Shown: positions 30,366 to 40,081 of the stretch, one piece after another | Position numbering within the stretch: the first letter of the stretch is position 1 | Layout: each line of letters opens with the position of its first letter | Assembly: GCA_965248925.1 (NCBI GenBank) | Contig: CBDFLE010000006.1 | Location: 3,584,001-3,648,000, forward strand | Direction of reading: 5' to 3' | Source: Candidatus Multivoradales bacterium | GTDB lineage: Bacteria; Acidobacteriota; Thermoanaerobaculia; Multivoradales; J023 | Length of the DNA stretch: 64,000 nt | Notes under the pieces: generated by a model | The model's database searches: none | The model's input: the letters and a program-made list of their open reading frames with translations, nothing else | Told to the model about the DNA's origin: nothing | Program-made: the position numbers and the translations under genes

Positions 30366-31933
30366 GGCGGCGTCTCCTCGCGGCGCGCGGCACTGTAGTA
30401 GCTGGCGCCGCGGACGTTGCGGTGCTCGATCGGCGCCGTCACTTCGGTGGGCTCGGGCGCTGCTTGCTGGTCCAGGCCGCTCTTCAGGATCGACTTCACG
30501 CTCTTGTAGGACAGGCCGTGAATGGCGAGCGCGCGGCGGCACGCAGCCTCCAAACGATTGGCACCATAGGTCTTGCCCAGGCGCATCAGCCCCAGACACG
30601 AGCGAAAGCCGTGCTGAGGATGGGAGCGGTTAAGCATGATGGTCTCCACCAGTTCGGCCGTCGCCTGGCCTGTTTTCGCCGCCCAGCTGATCAGCCGTGT
30701 CGGTGTCCACTCCAGGTACGCCTGGTGCGCTTTGGGCATGTGCTCGCTCTGGGTCGTGTGCCGACCCCGACACCGATTGCGACGATGAGCAGCCACACGC
30801 TTGCCGCGATCGAGCACCTCCACCAGTTGCGCCGTCGCCCGCAGATCGAGCTGCTTCTTGATCAGCTGGTACGGCACACTGTAATAGTGGCCCTCGAACT
30901 CGACGTGGTAGTCCGGGGCAACGCGTACCTTCTTCCATTCGGCAAGCTCGTAGGGCTGGAGCGGCAAAGCACCCAGAGCAGGACGATCGACCTGCTCGAA
31001 CAGCGCTCGGCGCGAGACGCCCAACACCTTCAGCGGACGGTCGTTAAGCTCGACCAGAAGCTTCGCGATGCTCTCGTTGAGCTCTCGCAGGCTGAAGAAC
31101 TGCTGGTTACGCAGCCGGGCCAGAATCCAGCGCTCCACTTGCAATACACCGTTTTCGACCTTCGCCTTGTCTTGGGGCTTCCTCACCCGCGCCGGCACCA
31201 CCGCCACGCCGTAGTGCTCGGCCAACTCCGCGTAGGTGCGATTGATCTCCGGCTCGTAGCGGCACGGGCTGGTCACGCCGCTCTTCAGATTGTCCGGCAC
31301 CACCAGCTCGCTCACCCCGCCCAGAGCCGCGAAGGTCCGCACATGAGAGCCGATCCAGCCCTCCAGGCCCTGGCTCCACGTTGATTCGGCATAGGTGTAG
31401 TTGCTCGCCCCCAGCACCGCCACGAAGATCTGCGCTTCGCGCGCTTTGCCAGTCGCCGGGTCGATCACCCTCACGGTCTGTCCGGCATAGTCGACGAACA
31501 GCTTCTCGCCCGCCCGGTAGGCTTGGCGCAGGCACACATCCAGGCGCCCTTCCCAGATCCGGTACAGCTGACAGAAGCGGCTGAGACCGTAGCCGTCGGG
31601 ATGGTCCTCCCGGTACTCCTGCCACAGCAGCGACAGGGTTACGCCCTTCTTCTTCAGCTCGCCATGCACCTTGGTCCAGTCGGGCAAGGCTCGCTGACCA
31701 CCCCTCCGAAGCGGCTGCGGCCGAGGGTACAGGCGTTGCTCCAGCTCAGCGTCGCTCAAAGCTGCTACTTGCTCCCAGCTCAGGCCTTCAACCTTGGCTC
31801 GCAGCAGGTAGTTGCACACCGTCCCGTGGCCCAGCCGAACCGACCGTCCGATCTGGCGGTGCGACAGGCCATGCTGCCATTTCAGTCTCAGTACCTCGCG
31901 TATCTTGCGCATCGATGTCCTCACTCTCGGCAT
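30359..31933 (-). CDS. istA: IS21 DDE transposase
   Basis: MRKIREVLRLK, FVDYAG, VPDNLKS, DKAKVE. Confidence 0.95.
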   Translation of the reverse strand: MPRVRTSMRKIREVLRLKWQHGLSHRQIGRSVRLGHGTVCNYLLRAKVEGLSWEQVAALSDAELEQRLYPRPQPLRRGGQRALPDWTKVHGELKKKGVTLSLLWQEYREDHPDGYGLSRFCQLYRIWEGRLDVCLRQAYRAGEKLFVDYAGQTVRVIDPATGKAREAQIFVAVLGASNYTYAESTWSQGLEGWIGSHVRTFAALGGVSELVVPDNLKSGVTSPCRYEPEINRTYAELAEHYGVAVVPARVRKPQDKAKVENGVLQVERWILARLRNQQFFSLRELNESIAKLLVELNDRPLKVLGVSRRALFEQVDRPALGALPLQPYELAEWKKVRVAPDYHVEFEGHYYSVPYQLIKKQLDLRATAQLVEVLDRGKRVAAHRRNRCRGRHTTQSEHMPKAHQAYLEWTPTRLISWAAKTGQATAELVETIMLNRSHPQHGFRSCLGLMRLGKTYGANRLEAACRRALAIHGLSYKSVKSILKSGLDQQAAPEPTEVTAPIEHRNVRGASYYSAARREETPPC

Positions 31934-32147
31934 CCAATCCTCCTTTCAAGGAGGCTGGAATACCCCAATTGTGAGGAGCGCGCTACCGTCGAACTCCGCC
32001 GTGGCCAGGATTCCGATCCAATCTGACCACCCATTCCGATCGATCCGGAAAAGTGGTCACTTTCGATCGGAATCGGTGGTCATATTCCGTTGGAATCACT
32101 GGTCACTTTCAATCGGAATCGGTGGTCGAATTCCGTCGGTGCAGGCA

Positions 32148-32610
32148 GGTCCAGGCTGCGGTATTGAATGGCCTCGGCGGCATGCGCTGCCCGAATCTCC
32201 GCCGAACTGTCGAGGTCGGCGATGGTGCGGGATAGCTTGAGGATGCGGCTGAGTGCCCGTGCCGACAGCTTGAGCTTGTCGAAGGCGGTGTCGACCAAGC
32301 GCTGGGCATCGGGCGCTAGCACGCAATGCTGCTCGATGCCGTCGCTCCCCAGGGAGGCATTGACCGGCAGGTCCGTCTGGGAGCCGAATCTACTGCGCTG
32401 GATCTCTCTCGCCTGGCGCACTCTCCACGCTACTTCCCGAGTCCCTTCGGTGGCTTCGCTGCGCAACTCGGCAAGGCTCACCGCGGGTACCTCGACATGC
32501 ATGTCGATGCGGTCGAGCAGCGGCCCTGAGACCCGACTGCGATAGCGCTCGATCATCTGTGGCGAGCATTTGCAGTGATGCCGATCGTCCCCCAAATGCC
32601 CGCACTTGCA
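32148..32610 (-). pseudogene. comM: 3' fragment of ComM/YifB Mg-chelatase-like ATPase (copy 1, end cut by IS21)
   Basis: CKCGHLGD..HCKCS...YRSRVSGPLLDRID...SARALSRILKLSRTIADL. Confidence 0.88.
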
Positions 32611-33119
32611 TGATTGCGGCCCCCTTTTGCCATGTCCAGTTGAGAGGACGTATCCCCAAGATTGCGGGGTATCCGCGAGAACTTGTTACGATTGGTAACC
32701 ACATCAAGAGATGTCGGCTTGATCGTGGTCAGTTGCAGAAAGACGTTGCCCGAACGCTCGGCGTCTGTCTGGGTTCGATAGTAAATTGGGAACATGACAG
32801 GGGCTACCCGGAAGTCCGGTTTTGGCCGGCACTCACGGACTGGCTTGGCTACGATCCAAACCCTGAGCCCGAGAATGTGGCTGAGCTGCTGATGGCTTTG
32901 CGGCGCAGGCTCGGATTTTCGCAGCGCTCTCTCGCCACGGTCATCGACGTGGCACCAGAGACGATTTCGGGATGGGAGCAGCAGGCGCACCGGCCGTCAG
33001 GAAAAGCACGCCGACGACTGAGCGGCTGGATTGAGTCGCTGGAGGTCGGAGACGATCTCGCGAGGTGTGCTGCTCGGGTGGTGGTGCTGTTGCGGGGGCG
33101 GAGTGCCGTGGTGGAGTGA
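32610..33119 (+). CDS. Double-HTH XRE-family regulator (copy 1)
   Basis: IKRCRLDRGQLQKDVARTLGV..SIVNWE and LRRRLGFSQRSLA..IDVAPETISGWE. Confidence 0.75.
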   Translation: MIAAPFCHVQLRGRIPKIAGYPRELVTIGNHIKRCRLDRGQLQKDVARTLGVCLGSIVNWEHDRGYPEVRFWPALTDWLGYDPNPEPENVAELLMALRRRLGFSQRSLATVIDVAPETISGWEQQAHRPSGKARRRLSGWIESLEVGDDLARCAARVVVLLRGRSAVVE

Positions 33120-33456
33120 GCGCTTATTGGTCTTTTGCGAGTTGCGCGAGCAGTGCCCGCCGAATGACCTCGGGATTGGATGTGCGGCTATCGAATGCAC
33201 GCCGCGATTTTGACCATTGATATATGTAGACAATATCAGAATATCGAAAACAAGGAGTTCCCTCGCGTGCAATCTCTGTCATTCAGTGGATCGAGGGGAA
33301 ACGGTTCATTTCCAGCCTGCCAAAATGAACCGTTTGGTCTCTAACATCTTTTCCCATAGCTTGTTTGACGAAACAAAGTCGAGCGGGAACCTGGTGGGCC
33401 TAGGGCCAGTCCAAGCAAGAGAACGAATCTAGAATCTTCCAGAAAGTGAGGTAGCC

Positions 33457-33891
33457 TTGAGAGACAGAATCCCCAGATGTTCGATCCTAAACGCCGCCTG
33501 CCTACTGGCAGTCGCAGTCGCCGCCGCCACCGCCCACGCTCAATGCAACAGCACCCCCATCGCCTCGGGCGACAACGCCGAAGCCGCCTCCGCCCCGATC
33601 CTGATTGATGTCCTGGCCAACGACACCGAGCCCGACGGCGAAGCCCTGACTGTCACCGTCCTCGCCAGCACCTGCCCGGCGAGCACCGAGATCGTGCTCG
33701 ATCTGATCCGATTGACCCCGAACCCGTCGATCGATGCCAACTGCACTTTGACCTACCGCATCGAAGACGAGACCCACCACAGCACCTCGGCCACCGTCGC
33801 CGTCAAGTCCATCGCCGTGCTCTTTGGCGACAACTTTGAGTCTGGCAATGCCAATCAATGGGATAGCACCTGCCCCGGCAGCGGCTGCTGA
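33457..33891 (+). CDS. Small secreted Ig-like (cadherin/Big_9-like) protein (copy 1)
   Basis: Signal peptide AHA-Q, PIASGD..IDVLANDTEPDGE.L, TLTYRIED, tail LFGDNFESG. Confidence 0.75.
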   Translation: MRDRIPRCSILNAACLLAVAVAAATAHAQCNSTPIASGDNAEAASAPILIDVLANDTEPDGEALTVTVLASTCPASTEIVLDLIRLTPNPSIDANCTLTYRIEDETHHSTSATVAVKSIAVLFGDNFESGNANQWDSTCPGSGC

Positions 33892-33905
33892 AGGAGTCCA
33901 AGACT

Positions 33906-36900
33906 ATGCAACAGAAAATTCTCATCGCCTCACTTCTCTACGTTGCCCTCGCCGGGCCGACCGCCGCGCAACAGCCCCAGAGCCACCAGCGGGGCGTCAC
34001 CGCCGACACCGCCTTCCAAGTCGGCGCCATCGATTCGATCAACCTCTTCTCGGGGAATCTGTCGCTCCGCCTGCCCCTCGGCCAGAGCTACCCGGTGGGT
34101 CCCACTCTGAGCTACGGCTTCACCCTGACCTACAACTCCAGCGGCTGGGACTTTGACGACCAACAGAGCTGCACCGAGGGCACGCCGCCCAACCAGATGC
34201 TGGTTTCCTACAACTTGCCGATTCAAGATCTCGATGCGAATTCTGGCTGGGGGTGGCGGGTCAATCTTGGCCAGTTGGTGCGCTCCGAAGGCGGCAATCC
34301 CGCGCCACCCTTCAGCGGGTTTTCCTATTTGAGCCCTGACGGCGGGCAACACGCCTTCCACGATTTCCTCCACCCGGCCCAGAGCGGCACCTACCCGCCC
34401 GCCGGCACCCAGCCCAACACCTGGTTCACCCGCGACAGTACCTACCTGAGAATGCGCTACTACCCATTCGCCTCGAGCCCCTGCGAGACGCCGTCGAATC
34501 TGCTCGACCAGGATTGCCGGACGGTGGAATTCCCAAGTGGTGAGATGCATGAATTCCATAACATCAGCCACACCAGCTTCGATTGGCGGGTGACCAAGAT
34601 GCTCGACCGCTTCGGCCATTGGGTCAAGATAGCCTACGCCTCGGGCGGCGATTGGAGCGTCACCGATTCCGCCAACAGGAGTCATTCCCTCGATTTCACC
34701 GCCGGCCGACTGGAGAAGGTCACCCTCGCCGCTTTCAACAACCAAAGCGCCGTCTACGATCTAGTCTACTCCGGCCCGGTCGACCTGGAGCGCCAAGGCG
34801 CGCAGCCTTCGTGTGTGCCCGAAGGGGACACCCTTTCCGGCGTCCGCCTGCTCGAACGCCTGGTCTTGCCCGACGACTCGTTCTACCAAATGGACTACTA
34901 CCGCACCGACAATCCGGGAGAGAAGCTCTCGGGCGGCATCAAGTTCCTCCGTCTTCCCACGGATGGCGCCTTCGGCTGGCGGTACCAACAGATCGATTTT
35001 CATGCCCAAAGCCCAGATGTGCCCGAGGGCCGGGAGTGGGCCAACATCGGCACCGGCGTGGCCACCAAGTCGACGTTCTTGAAAGACAGCGACTATCCAA
35101 ACTCGCCCCACGGCACCTGGATCTATGACTACGATCCCCAAGGAGTGCTCGGTCCCGGCCAGATCTCCTGCTACCACACGCTCACCTTGACCGACCCGCT
35201 AGGCAACGACACGAAGCACTGGTTTAACTCCGCGGGCGCTAATCGCCAAGGCTTTGGCCTGCCCTTCACCCGCTGCACACCGGGCACCAACGACTACTAC
35301 AACAACAGCCCGCCCTACTTGTCGCAAGAGATCTATCAGGGCTCGGTGGCCAGCGGCACCAAACGCCGCTCGATCTTCCTGGAGTACGAGAACGACGGCC
35401 CGTCCGGCTTCTACGCCGACCGCAACCACCGGATGAAGTACCGCAAAGTCATCTACCACGACGACGGTGACAAGTTCCGCGAGGTCACCCACTCGGACTT
35501 CGATGGCCTGGGGCATTTTCGCACCACCACCACCGGCGGCAACTTCGCCAGTGGCAACGTGCGCGCGAGCGAGACCTTCTACAACCAGAATCGCGGCTCC
35601 TACTTGATCGCCAACAGCGATACCGGCGCCATCGACCCGGCCACCGATTTCGCCATGTTCGGCCAGACCCAGCCCTGGGTGCTAGAGACCTTCAACTCGC
35701 AATCGGTGACCGAGAACGGCGTCACCGAGACCACCGAGTATGACTTTGCGCTGCTGAACGGCTTCCTGCGCAAACGTCGGGTGCTGGCTGGCAGCTCGCG
35801 GCAGTCGAACGACTTACTAAGCATCTTCGTGCAAGCCGGCACTACCGGCTTCGTCGCCGCTGAGTTGCAGTACGGCGGCGACAGCCAGGCGATCAGCACC
35901 GCAAGCCTGGGCAACATCAACCCGGCCCACTCCGGCGCCCTTTACCGCACCAACCACAGCTACCAGTACGGCGTGCTGAGAAACTCCACGGTGGTCAACC
36001 CCTGCGCCACCAGCGAGGTGCTGCTCAAGCTGGCCGACTACGATCTCGACAAAAACACCGGCCTGGTCAAGCGCAGCCGAGACAGCGCCGGGATCAAGAT
36101 CGACTTCCTCTATGACCGGCAGGGCCGCTTGACCCATGAGTTTCCCGAGAGCGAAGCGGTGCGCCGCTACACCTACCGTTTGGCCACCCAGAGCAACTTC
36201 AACCTGATGCCGCTGCTGACCGAAGAGCAGTGCGTCACCACCGCCGCCTGCTCGGGCTCCGGCCTGCTGGCCTACCGCCAGCACACTTTCGACGGCCTCG
36301 GCCGTAGGGTCAAAGAGCAGGTGCAGTTGCCCGGCGGAGTGCGCTGGTACCGCCACATGAGCTTCAACCCACGGGCCTGGAAGACCGCGGAATCGGTGTG
36401 GACCCTCAACGCCACTTCCGACAGCCGCGTCACCAAGTACGAGCAGTACGACAACTTCGGCCGCCCCGGCAGGATCACCCCACCAAGCCAGCCGGCCACA
36501 TTCCTCAGCTACGAGGGCGAACGCACCAAGACGCGGCGGTTCAAAGTGATGCTCGCCTCCGGAGTGCAAGAAGACACCTACAACACCGAGATCTCCGATG
36601 GCCAGGGCCGATTGTTCGAGGTTTGTGAAGGCAGATCGGCGGCCTGGAATGGCAGCTGCAACGCGGGCGGCTTGCTGACTCGCTACGCCTACGACGCCGG
36701 CTCGCGGCTCACCCACGTTTGCCAGAATCGGACTGGATCGACCTGTGGCCAGCAACGCTTCTTCAACTATGACGGTCGCAGCTTCCTGACCTCCGAGACC
36801 CATCCCGAAGTCGGCCCAGTGGGCAACGGCGCCACGACCTATTCCTATGATGCTCGTGGCAGCGTTTTGAGCAAACGCATCGGTGGCTCCACCGAATTCG

Positions 36901-39026
36901 ACCTCGACTACTTCTACGATCCAGCCGGACGCCTGATCCGAGTTGACGAGAGCAACGGTGGCTCGCCGCGCAAGCTCAAGGAGTTCCGCTACGGCCGCAA
37001 GAACGTCGGTGCCGACAAGCGGGCCGGCAAGCTGGTGCAGACCACCCGCCACAATTGGGTGGATCTGGTGAATCCGCTGAACGCCAATCCTGGCTTCCTC
37101 GATGTCCGAATCTCCGAGAGCTTCGTCTACGCGGGTCGTGGCGGCCGGATGTCCGAGCGCCAGACCCGCTATCAGCTCGGCGTCGGTCACTACGCCTTCC
37201 AGAGTGGGTTCTCCTATGACCTGCAAGGCAACCTCGCGACCCTCGACTATCCCGACTGTCTGCACACCAACGACAGCTGCGACCAGGTCAGCCCACCGCG
37301 GCAGGTGAGCTTCGCTTACGACAAAGGCTTCCTCACCGCGGTGCCCGGCTTCGCCTCCAGCCTCAGCTACCAGAGCGGCGGCATGCTGACCCAGATCAGC
37401 CACCAGAGCGGCATCACCGAAACTCGCCAGGTCGATCCCTCCGGCCTCGCCCGGCCCGAGCGCATCTCCACCAACGCCGGCTGGGACACTGGCACCTTCG
37501 ACTACGACGGATCGGGCAACATCCACCGCATCGGCTCGCTGACCTACCGCTATGATCGTTTGCAGCGGCTGGTCAGCGGCGAGGCCAAGGTGGGAAGTAG
37601 CGACCGCCTGCAAACCGCGTCATATGACAACTTCGGCAATCTCACCCAGATGATCACCAACGGCGCCAGCCAGAGCATGAGCCCGAGCAGCAGCACCAAT
37701 CGCCTCGGCTTGAGCGGCACGGTGTACGATGCTGGGGGCAACCTGACCCGCGTGCGTTACAGTAGCTCGGAGATCTACCAGTACACCTACGACGCCGCCA
37801 ACATGATGAAACACCTGCAAAGCAACACAGATCAGGCGAGCGTGTACATCTACAACGCTGATGACGAGCGCATCGTCACCTTCAGCTGCTTCAGCGCCGC
37901 CGGCAGCAGCTGCGTCAGCAGCCCCGCCAGCGAGACCTGGACCTTGCGCGGGCTCGGCAACGAGGTGCTGCGGGTCTTCACCCATCCGCGGGGCGAAAGC
38001 TTCGAGTGGGAGCGGGACTACGTCTACCGGGGTGGACAGCTCCTAGCCTCGATAGACCCGGACTCCAGTGGTGTCGAGGAGACCTTCAGTTTCCATCTTG
38101 ATCATCTCGGCACGCCGCGGCAGGTAACGAAGAGTGGTAGCCAGGTGGCGCTGCACAGCTACTATCCGTTTGGGCAGGAGGCGACCAGCGCTAGCTCAGA
38201 CGAGTTTCAGCTGAAGTTTACCGGGCATGAGCGGGATCAGAACGGGGTGGGGGCGAAGAGCGAGCTGGACTACATGCATGCCAGGCATTGCAGTCCGGTG
38301 GTGGGGAGGTTCTTGGCAGTTGATCCTGTCCGGGGAAAACAGGCGTTGCCTCAGAGCTGGAACCGATTCTCCTATGTCCTGAATAATCCCCTTGCCTATA
38401 CCGATCCAGAAGGAGAGCGGACGGCGGCGCAGCTAGGACAGGCCGGGCAGGACTTGCTCTTCGATCTGACTGAGGAGGCGACGGCCCGCACGGGAGTGGG
38501 TCCGCTTAGTGTTGCTGTCGACACAGCCCTCGGAATGGGTCGAGATCTTGCGAGTGGTGTTCTCGACATCATGAAGGCTGGTGACGGGATTGGCACCGTT
38601 CTTGGGGGCGGAGCGACCGGCGGGGCAGCAGTGCTCGAGATCGGCAAGGATGTTCTCAGAGTCTCTGCGTTGGCTGGGGGCGGAGCGGTTGTTGTTCGCT
38701 CAGCAGCAAAGAAAAGCCTTGTTTCAGGGGGAGAAGCGGCTCTGTCTAAAGCGGCGGGGGCAGCTGACCGCAATGGGCTAACAAAGGCAGGACGGTCTCT
38801 TCAAAAGCATTCGTCCAGACCGGGTAGCGCATTCAATACATCGGCCACACGGGCTAAGGATCTGAACGCTGCGGGCCAGTCCGTTGTCGATGACATTCTT
38901 ACGGCACCTGGGTCGATCCAGAGAACAAACCGCCTCGGGGGTGTCGATGTCGGCCTACCAAACGGCCGAGGTATTCGCTACAACGCGGACGGGTCGTTCC
39001 GGAATTTCTTGGAGCCGAACGGATAG
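33906..39026 (+). CDS. Full-length Rhs/YD-repeat polymorphic toxin 1 (signal peptide; toxin tip CT1)
   Basis: YD repeats, Rhs core FTGHERD..LDYMHAR..GRFLAVDP, NPLAYTDPEG, divergent C-terminus AGRSLQKH...GRGIRY...FLE. Confidence 0.93.
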   Translation: MQQKILIASLLYVALAGPTAAQQPQSHQRGVTADTAFQVGAIDSINLFSGNLSLRLPLGQSYPVGPTLSYGFTLTYNSSGWDFDDQQSCTEGTPPNQMLVSYNLPIQDLDANSGWGWRVNLGQLVRSEGGNPAPPFSGFSYLSPDGGQHAFHDFLHPAQSGTYPPAGTQPNTWFTRDSTYLRMRYYPFASSPCETPSNLLDQDCRTVEFPSGEMHEFHNISHTSFDWRVTKMLDRFGHWVKIAYASGGDWSVTDSANRSHSLDFTAGRLEKVTLAAFNNQSAVYDLVYSGPVDLERQGAQPSCVPEGDTLSGVRLLERLVLPDDSFYQMDYYRTDNPGEKLSGGIKFLRLPTDGAFGWRYQQIDFHAQSPDVPEGREWANIGTGVATKSTFLKDSDYPNSPHGTWIYDYDPQGVLGPGQISCYHTLTLTDPLGNDTKHWFNSAGANRQGFGLPFTRCTPGTNDYYNNSPPYLSQEIYQGSVASGTKRRSIFLEYENDGPSGFYADRNHRMKYRKVIYHDDGDKFREVTHSDFDGLGHFRTTTTGGNFASGNVRASETFYNQNRGSYLIANSDTGAIDPATDFAMFGQTQPWVLETFNSQSVTENGVTETTEYDFALLNGFLRKRRVLAGSSRQSNDLLSIFVQAGTTGFVAAELQYGGDSQAISTASLGNINPAHSGALYRTNHSYQYGVLRNSTVVNPCATSEVLLKLADYDLDKNTGLVKRSRDSAGIKIDFLYDRQGRLTHEFPESEAVRRYTYRLATQSNFNLMPLLTEEQCVTTAACSGSGLLAYRQHTFDGLGRRVKEQVQLPGGVRWYRHMSFNPRAWKTAESVWTLNATSDSRVTKYEQYDNFGRPGRITPPSQPATFLSYEGERTKTRRFKVMLASGVQEDTYNTEISDGQGRLFEVCEGRSAAWNGSCNAGGLLTRYAYDAGSRLTHVCQNRTGSTCGQQRFFNYDGRSFLTSETHPEVGPVGNGATTYSYDARGSVLSKRIGGSTEFDLDYFYDPAGRLIRVDESNGGSPRKLKEFRYGRKNVGADKRAGKLVQTTRHNWVDLVNPLNANPGFLDVRISESFVYAGRGGRMSERQTRYQLGVGHYAFQSGFSYDLQGNLATLDYPDCLHTNDSCDQVSPPRQVSFAYDKGFLTAVPGFASSLSYQSGGMLTQISHQSGITETRQVDPSGLARPERISTNAGWDTGTFDYDGSGNIHRIGSLTYRYDRLQRLVSGEAKVGSSDRLQTASYDNFGNLTQMITNGASQSMSPSSSTNRLGLSGTVYDAGGNLTRVRYSSSEIYQYTYDAANMMKHLQSNTDQASVYIYNADDERIVTFSCFSAAGSSCVSSPASETWTLRGLGNEVLRVFTHPRGESFEWERDYVYRGGQLLASIDPDSSGVEETFSFHLDHLGTPRQVTKSGSQVALHSYYPFGQEATSASSDEFQLKFTGHERDQNGVGAKSELDYMHARHCSPVVGRFLAVDPVRGKQALPQSWNRFSYVLNNPLAYTDPEGERTAAQLGQAGQDLLFDLTEEATARTGVGPLSVAVDTALGMGRDLASGVLDIMKAGDGIGTVLGGGATGGAAVLEIGKDVLRVSALAGGGAVVVRSAAKKSLVSGGEAALSKAAGAADRNGLTKAGRSLQKHSSRPGSAFNTSATRAKDLNAAGQSVVDDILTAPGSIQRTNRLGGVDVGLPNGRGIRYNADGSFRNFLEPNG

Positions 39027-39032
39027 CTGGCC

Positions 39033-39275
39033 ATGGAAAGCGGTGATTTTGAAGTTCAGGTAATGGATGATCCAGACCACGAGGATCTCATTGCCGAGGT
39101 TCTCTACAAGGGGGAGTTTTGTTTCTTGATAAGCCAGGAGACAGGTTTTCGGAATCTGGAGATTCAGGTCCAGAGTCGGCAATCAGGCCAACCATGGCGG
39201 TTCAGTGTGGCTGAGATGGAGGACTCGATCAAACGAGCCAAGAAGCGCCTTTGGGAGCTGCAGCGTGTCGAGTGA
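39033..39275 (+). CDS. Putative immunity protein for CT1 (copy 1)
   Basis: 80-aa acidic ORF 6 bp after the rhs stop. Confidence 0.75.
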   Translation: MESGDFEVQVMDDPDHEDLIAEVLYKGEFCFLISQETGFRNLEIQVQSRQSGQPWRFSVAEMEDSIKRAKKRLWELQRVE

Positions 39276-39313
39276 TTGACACCGTCCTGGCCTAGTACAA
39301 GCCGCTTCGCATC

Positions 39314-39333
39314 AGCCCGGCTCCGGCCGGGCT
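39314..39333. terminator. Hairpin between convergent immunity and XRE genes
   Basis: agcccgg-ctccgg-ccgggct followed by ttcgt; a related hairpin lies at 58375-58399. Confidence 0.55.
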
Positions 39334-39348
39334 TTCGTGCGTCTGGCT

Positions 39349-39711
39349 TCAGGTCGTGGCGTAGGACTGCCGGGTTCGCGCATCGCGGATGAGTCCGTCG
39401 ACCAAGTAGAGGATCCGGTCGCGATCTTCTCCAGAGATCTCTTCGAGGGCCTTCCAGCGGTCGAGCATCTCGCGGTCCTGGAGAGCGTGCGGCAAGGAGT
39501 TCTCGTTGACGAGGTAATCGACGGTGACCCCAAAGATGCTGGCCAGCTTGCGTGCAACCTCGACCGAAGGTGTCATGGCCCCTCGCTCGTAGCGCCCAAT
39601 GATGGTTCCCGAAGTACCGAGCTTCTCGCCAAGTACAGGTTGGGACCACCCCTTGCTCTTCCTCAGCTCGTGAATTCGGTGTCCGAGAGGGCTGTCGGAT
39701 CGCTTTGCCAT
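39349..39711 (-). CDS. XRE-family repressor (copy 1)
   Basis: IHELRKSKGWSQ..LGEKLG....IGRYERG..TPS.....LA..FGVTVDYL. Confidence 0.9.
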   Translation of the reverse strand: MAKRSDSPLGHRIHELRKSKGWSQPVLGEKLGTSGTIIGRYERGAMTPSVEVARKLASIFGVTVDYLVNENSLPHALQDREMLDRWKALEEISGEDRDRILYLVDGLIRDARTRQSYATT

Positions 39712-39796
39712 GACCTAATCATCCTGAAATCAACGGTTTTGGCTCCTAACACATCACATTAGCGGACGTTTTCGTGCTGGTCAAGACGGCAGGGGC

Positions 39797-39826
39797 TTGA
39801 CAGTTAGTAGACGAATCGGTCATCAT
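39797..39826 (+). promoter_or_regulatory. Putative sigma70 promoter for the symE-primase-recombinase operon
   Basis: TTGACA-N18-CATCAT in the divergent xre/symE gap. Confidence 0.45.
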
Positions 39827-39868
39827 CGGGACGAAAAGGTTCTGATGAAGAAAATCGAGGAGAGCAAA

Positions 39869-40081
39869 ATGATCGACCGCACCCTGACCATCTCCAGCCT
39901 CTACCCGTCCTCATCGGCTCCCTCGGGCTGGCGCTCGGTGCGCCAGGCTCGTCGGCAGCGGGCAGTGCCCTTTCTGCGGCTATCGGGCCGGTGGCTGGAA
40001 TCGGCGGGCTTCGAGATCGGCTCGAAGGTGCGGGTAGTGGTCGAGGCAGATCGCCTGGTGGTGGAGCCGGCGGATGTGTGA
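39869..40081 (+). CDS. SymE-family protein 1
   Basis: VPFLRLSGRWLESAGFEIGSKVRVVVEADRLVV matches the SymE pattern; RBS gaggag. Confidence 0.82.
   Translation: MIDRTLTISSLYPSSSAPSGWRSVRQARRQRAVPFLRLSGRWLESAGFEIGSKVRVVVEADRLVVEPADV

Larger units (their letters stand above)
29246..32147 (-). mobile_element. IS21-family insertion sequence (about 2.9 kb)
   Basis: Ends TGCCTattCCGACG / TGCCTgcaCCGACG (inverted), multiple internal 'ttccgat..aa..gacca' repeats, istA-istB; no target duplication. Confidence 0.92.
32148..38077. repeat. 5.9-kb block duplicated at 49672-57102 (second copy carries a 1501-bp IS insertion)
   Basis: Offsets 17524 before and 19025 after the IS; only scattered synonymous differences seen. 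Confidence 0.95.
36866..39956. repeat. 3.09-kb direct repeat, second copy at 45597-48687 (period 8731 bp)
   Basis: rhs 3' arm, CT1, immunity, XRE and symE 5' all recur at +8731. Confidence 0.95.

Noticed and set aside
32005-32147. Short repeats resembling a CRISPR array
   Set aside because: They are the multiple terminal repeats of IS21; no unique spacers and no cas genes.
35817-37613. 598-aa minus-strand ORF (also 54842-56638) and similar long antisense ORFs
   Set aside because: Shadow frames of GC-rich rhs, accC and istA genes with no recognisable motifs.
33906-39026. T6SS effector locus
   Set aside because: No PAAR, VgrG or EagR; Rhs has a signal-peptide-like N-terminus.
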